A stretch of DNA of 50,369 bases from Malacoraja senta (Eukaryota): NCBI GenBank assembly GCA_038087875.1, contig JAXLNO010000255.1:1-50369 (forward strand), read 5' to 3'. Positions 48,751 through 50,369 of this stretch are shown in pieces. The notes under the pieces are model-generated. The model saw only the letters and a list, made by a program, of their open reading frames with translations. It was not told the DNA's origin and made no database searches. The first letter of the stretch is position 1; each line of letters opens with the position of its first letter. The position numbers and the translations under genes were made by a program.

Positions 48751-50369
48751 TGAAAAGCTAAGTAGATTCAGACCTCACTGGTACTCAGATGGGAAATTGC
48801 TTAGGATTGTGCTATGAGATTTTACCAGGGAACAAATGGCATTTACCACATTACTGTGACCAAGAAACATCTGAGATGCAAATGCACATTGTTGCATTCC
48901 ATTTACGTTAAATGTTAATGAAGCTTTAGAAACATCCTAAAATGGCTCAGCTAAAATCCTGAAGATTTTAAAATCCTGAGGCTCAGCTAAAATGCTGAAG
49001 AAAGCAAATGTCAAATGCATTCAAGATTCTTGTTTAATTGTGTATATTTTTAAGCATAAGAAGGCCACTACATGGGACATGGAAAGTTTGCACATTACAC
49101 ACAGAATAAGAAAAAGCATATATCTTATATGCCTCAAGAACTACCACATATACCAATCAATCCCATATGATATTCCATGCTGACAATCACAATCAAATTC
49201 TGCAGTGAATTACAGACCGAAGGATGATGCACAGGCACTATTTAGACATAATAAGATCATTATGGTATTTTCTTTGGACAGAATGGGAGCACCCAGATGA
49301 AACCAAAGAGGTCACGGGGCAAACCCCACACAGACAACACCCGAGGTCAGGGTTGAACCTGCTCCCTGATTCTATCAGGCTGTGCCACTGTGCTCACCTG
49401 TCAACCTGAATTGTGAGGGATATATACGTGAGTAGAGTGGAACTGCAGCATAATGTTTTACACAGGTATGATGTTCATTACGTTACGATATCTATTTGCA
49501 GAAAAACCCAAGTTTCAAATAAAACCATTATATTCACCATTGACATTGTTTTTATAAATGAGATATGATAACCAGTCTTTGCCCCATCCCTCAACTCATC
49601 CACCAGTGACTGAACCCAGTCATTCCCAGGTATTCAGAAACATCTCCACTTTGCTTCTCTCTCTGATTGTGAATGTGCAATTACAACCCCCGACCCCTGA
49701 TAGTATCACATGCCTTTTGCTTTCTCTTTGGAACATTTCATTATGTTAAAGCCCCAACATAAATACAGATGTTATTAAAGTGAATGTAAGGCTTTATACT
49801 AATCTTGAAATTCATTGATCGAATATATATAATTCACTAATTCAGCCATGATGATCTCATCTAAGTTCCTCCTTTAGTTTGCCCTCTTCAGTCAATCCCA
49901 TTTATCCATTAATTGTATTATTATTCTACATTCTTTGTAACATCAGAATATTTTTTCTGTCATCAGATATTCTGTTCAGTTTTGTTTAGCTATATTGGAG
50001 GCTGTGATTTATGATCGAGTTTTCTTTAGAGGTGGAAACTGTCAGTCCTTTCCGTAAGGGTCCATCTTTCAGATATGAATCTGGATGCTGTTGTTGGCTA
50101 TTCCACCTTTCTCTCTTCATCTAATACACTTTACAAGTTTGGCTCACCTGGAGACAAGGTGATTAAGAATGGAAACTCAGGCTATTGTTTAAATTCAAAA
50201 TTACTGAAACTGATTATTGCTGATTTCTCAAGGCCCAGATGCAAGAGAACATTTGCCTCCTTTCAGGAATAAAAATCCTGTATGTGCGAGTGTCCTGGGA
50301 CAAACTGCAGTACAAAGCAAGTGATGGCTCTATGACATCACAACTTAAAAAACATTTGGATAGGTAGAT

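Noticed and set aside
48944..49000. Short local duplication ggctcagctaaaat(c/g)ctgaag
   Set aside because: Ordinary slippage-type duplication with no further structure.

Overview
Repeat-dense eukaryotic DNA. The repeat content (CR1/HER1-type LINEs, HE1-type SINEs, Rex-Babar LINEs, Penelope fragments) points to a cartilaginous fish, probably a skate or ray; this is an inference. I could not recognise any intact host protein-coding gene. Every long ORF with recognisable homology is a retroelement remnant: CR1 RT (1.8-3.1 kb), a near-complete but broken L1 ORF2 (35.5-39.3 kb), and Rex-Babar, Gypsy and Penelope GIY-YIG pieces. Structures defined by their ends in the sequence: a solo LTR with 4-bp TSD; a non-autonomous Helitron; Harbinger-type and hAT-type MITEs; a P-like MITE with 8-bp TSD nested in a Harbinger-type element; a SINE>L1>GC-rich-element triple nest; and a 2099-bp tandem duplication with CAGG microhomology. 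The most interesting signals are: (i) about 18 Penelope-derived units carrying minimal hammerhead-ribozyme cores, including a ~95-bp TSD-flanked unit and a tandem pair; (ii) a GC-rich non-autonomous retroelement family with a YY1-type head and an L2-type tail; (iii) a CpG-retaining domain (~24-30.5 kb) with a chain of minus-strand candidate non-coding exons and a 24-nt microexon candidate; (iv) RFX X-box motifs. Boundaries of decayed repeats were read by eye and are approximate.
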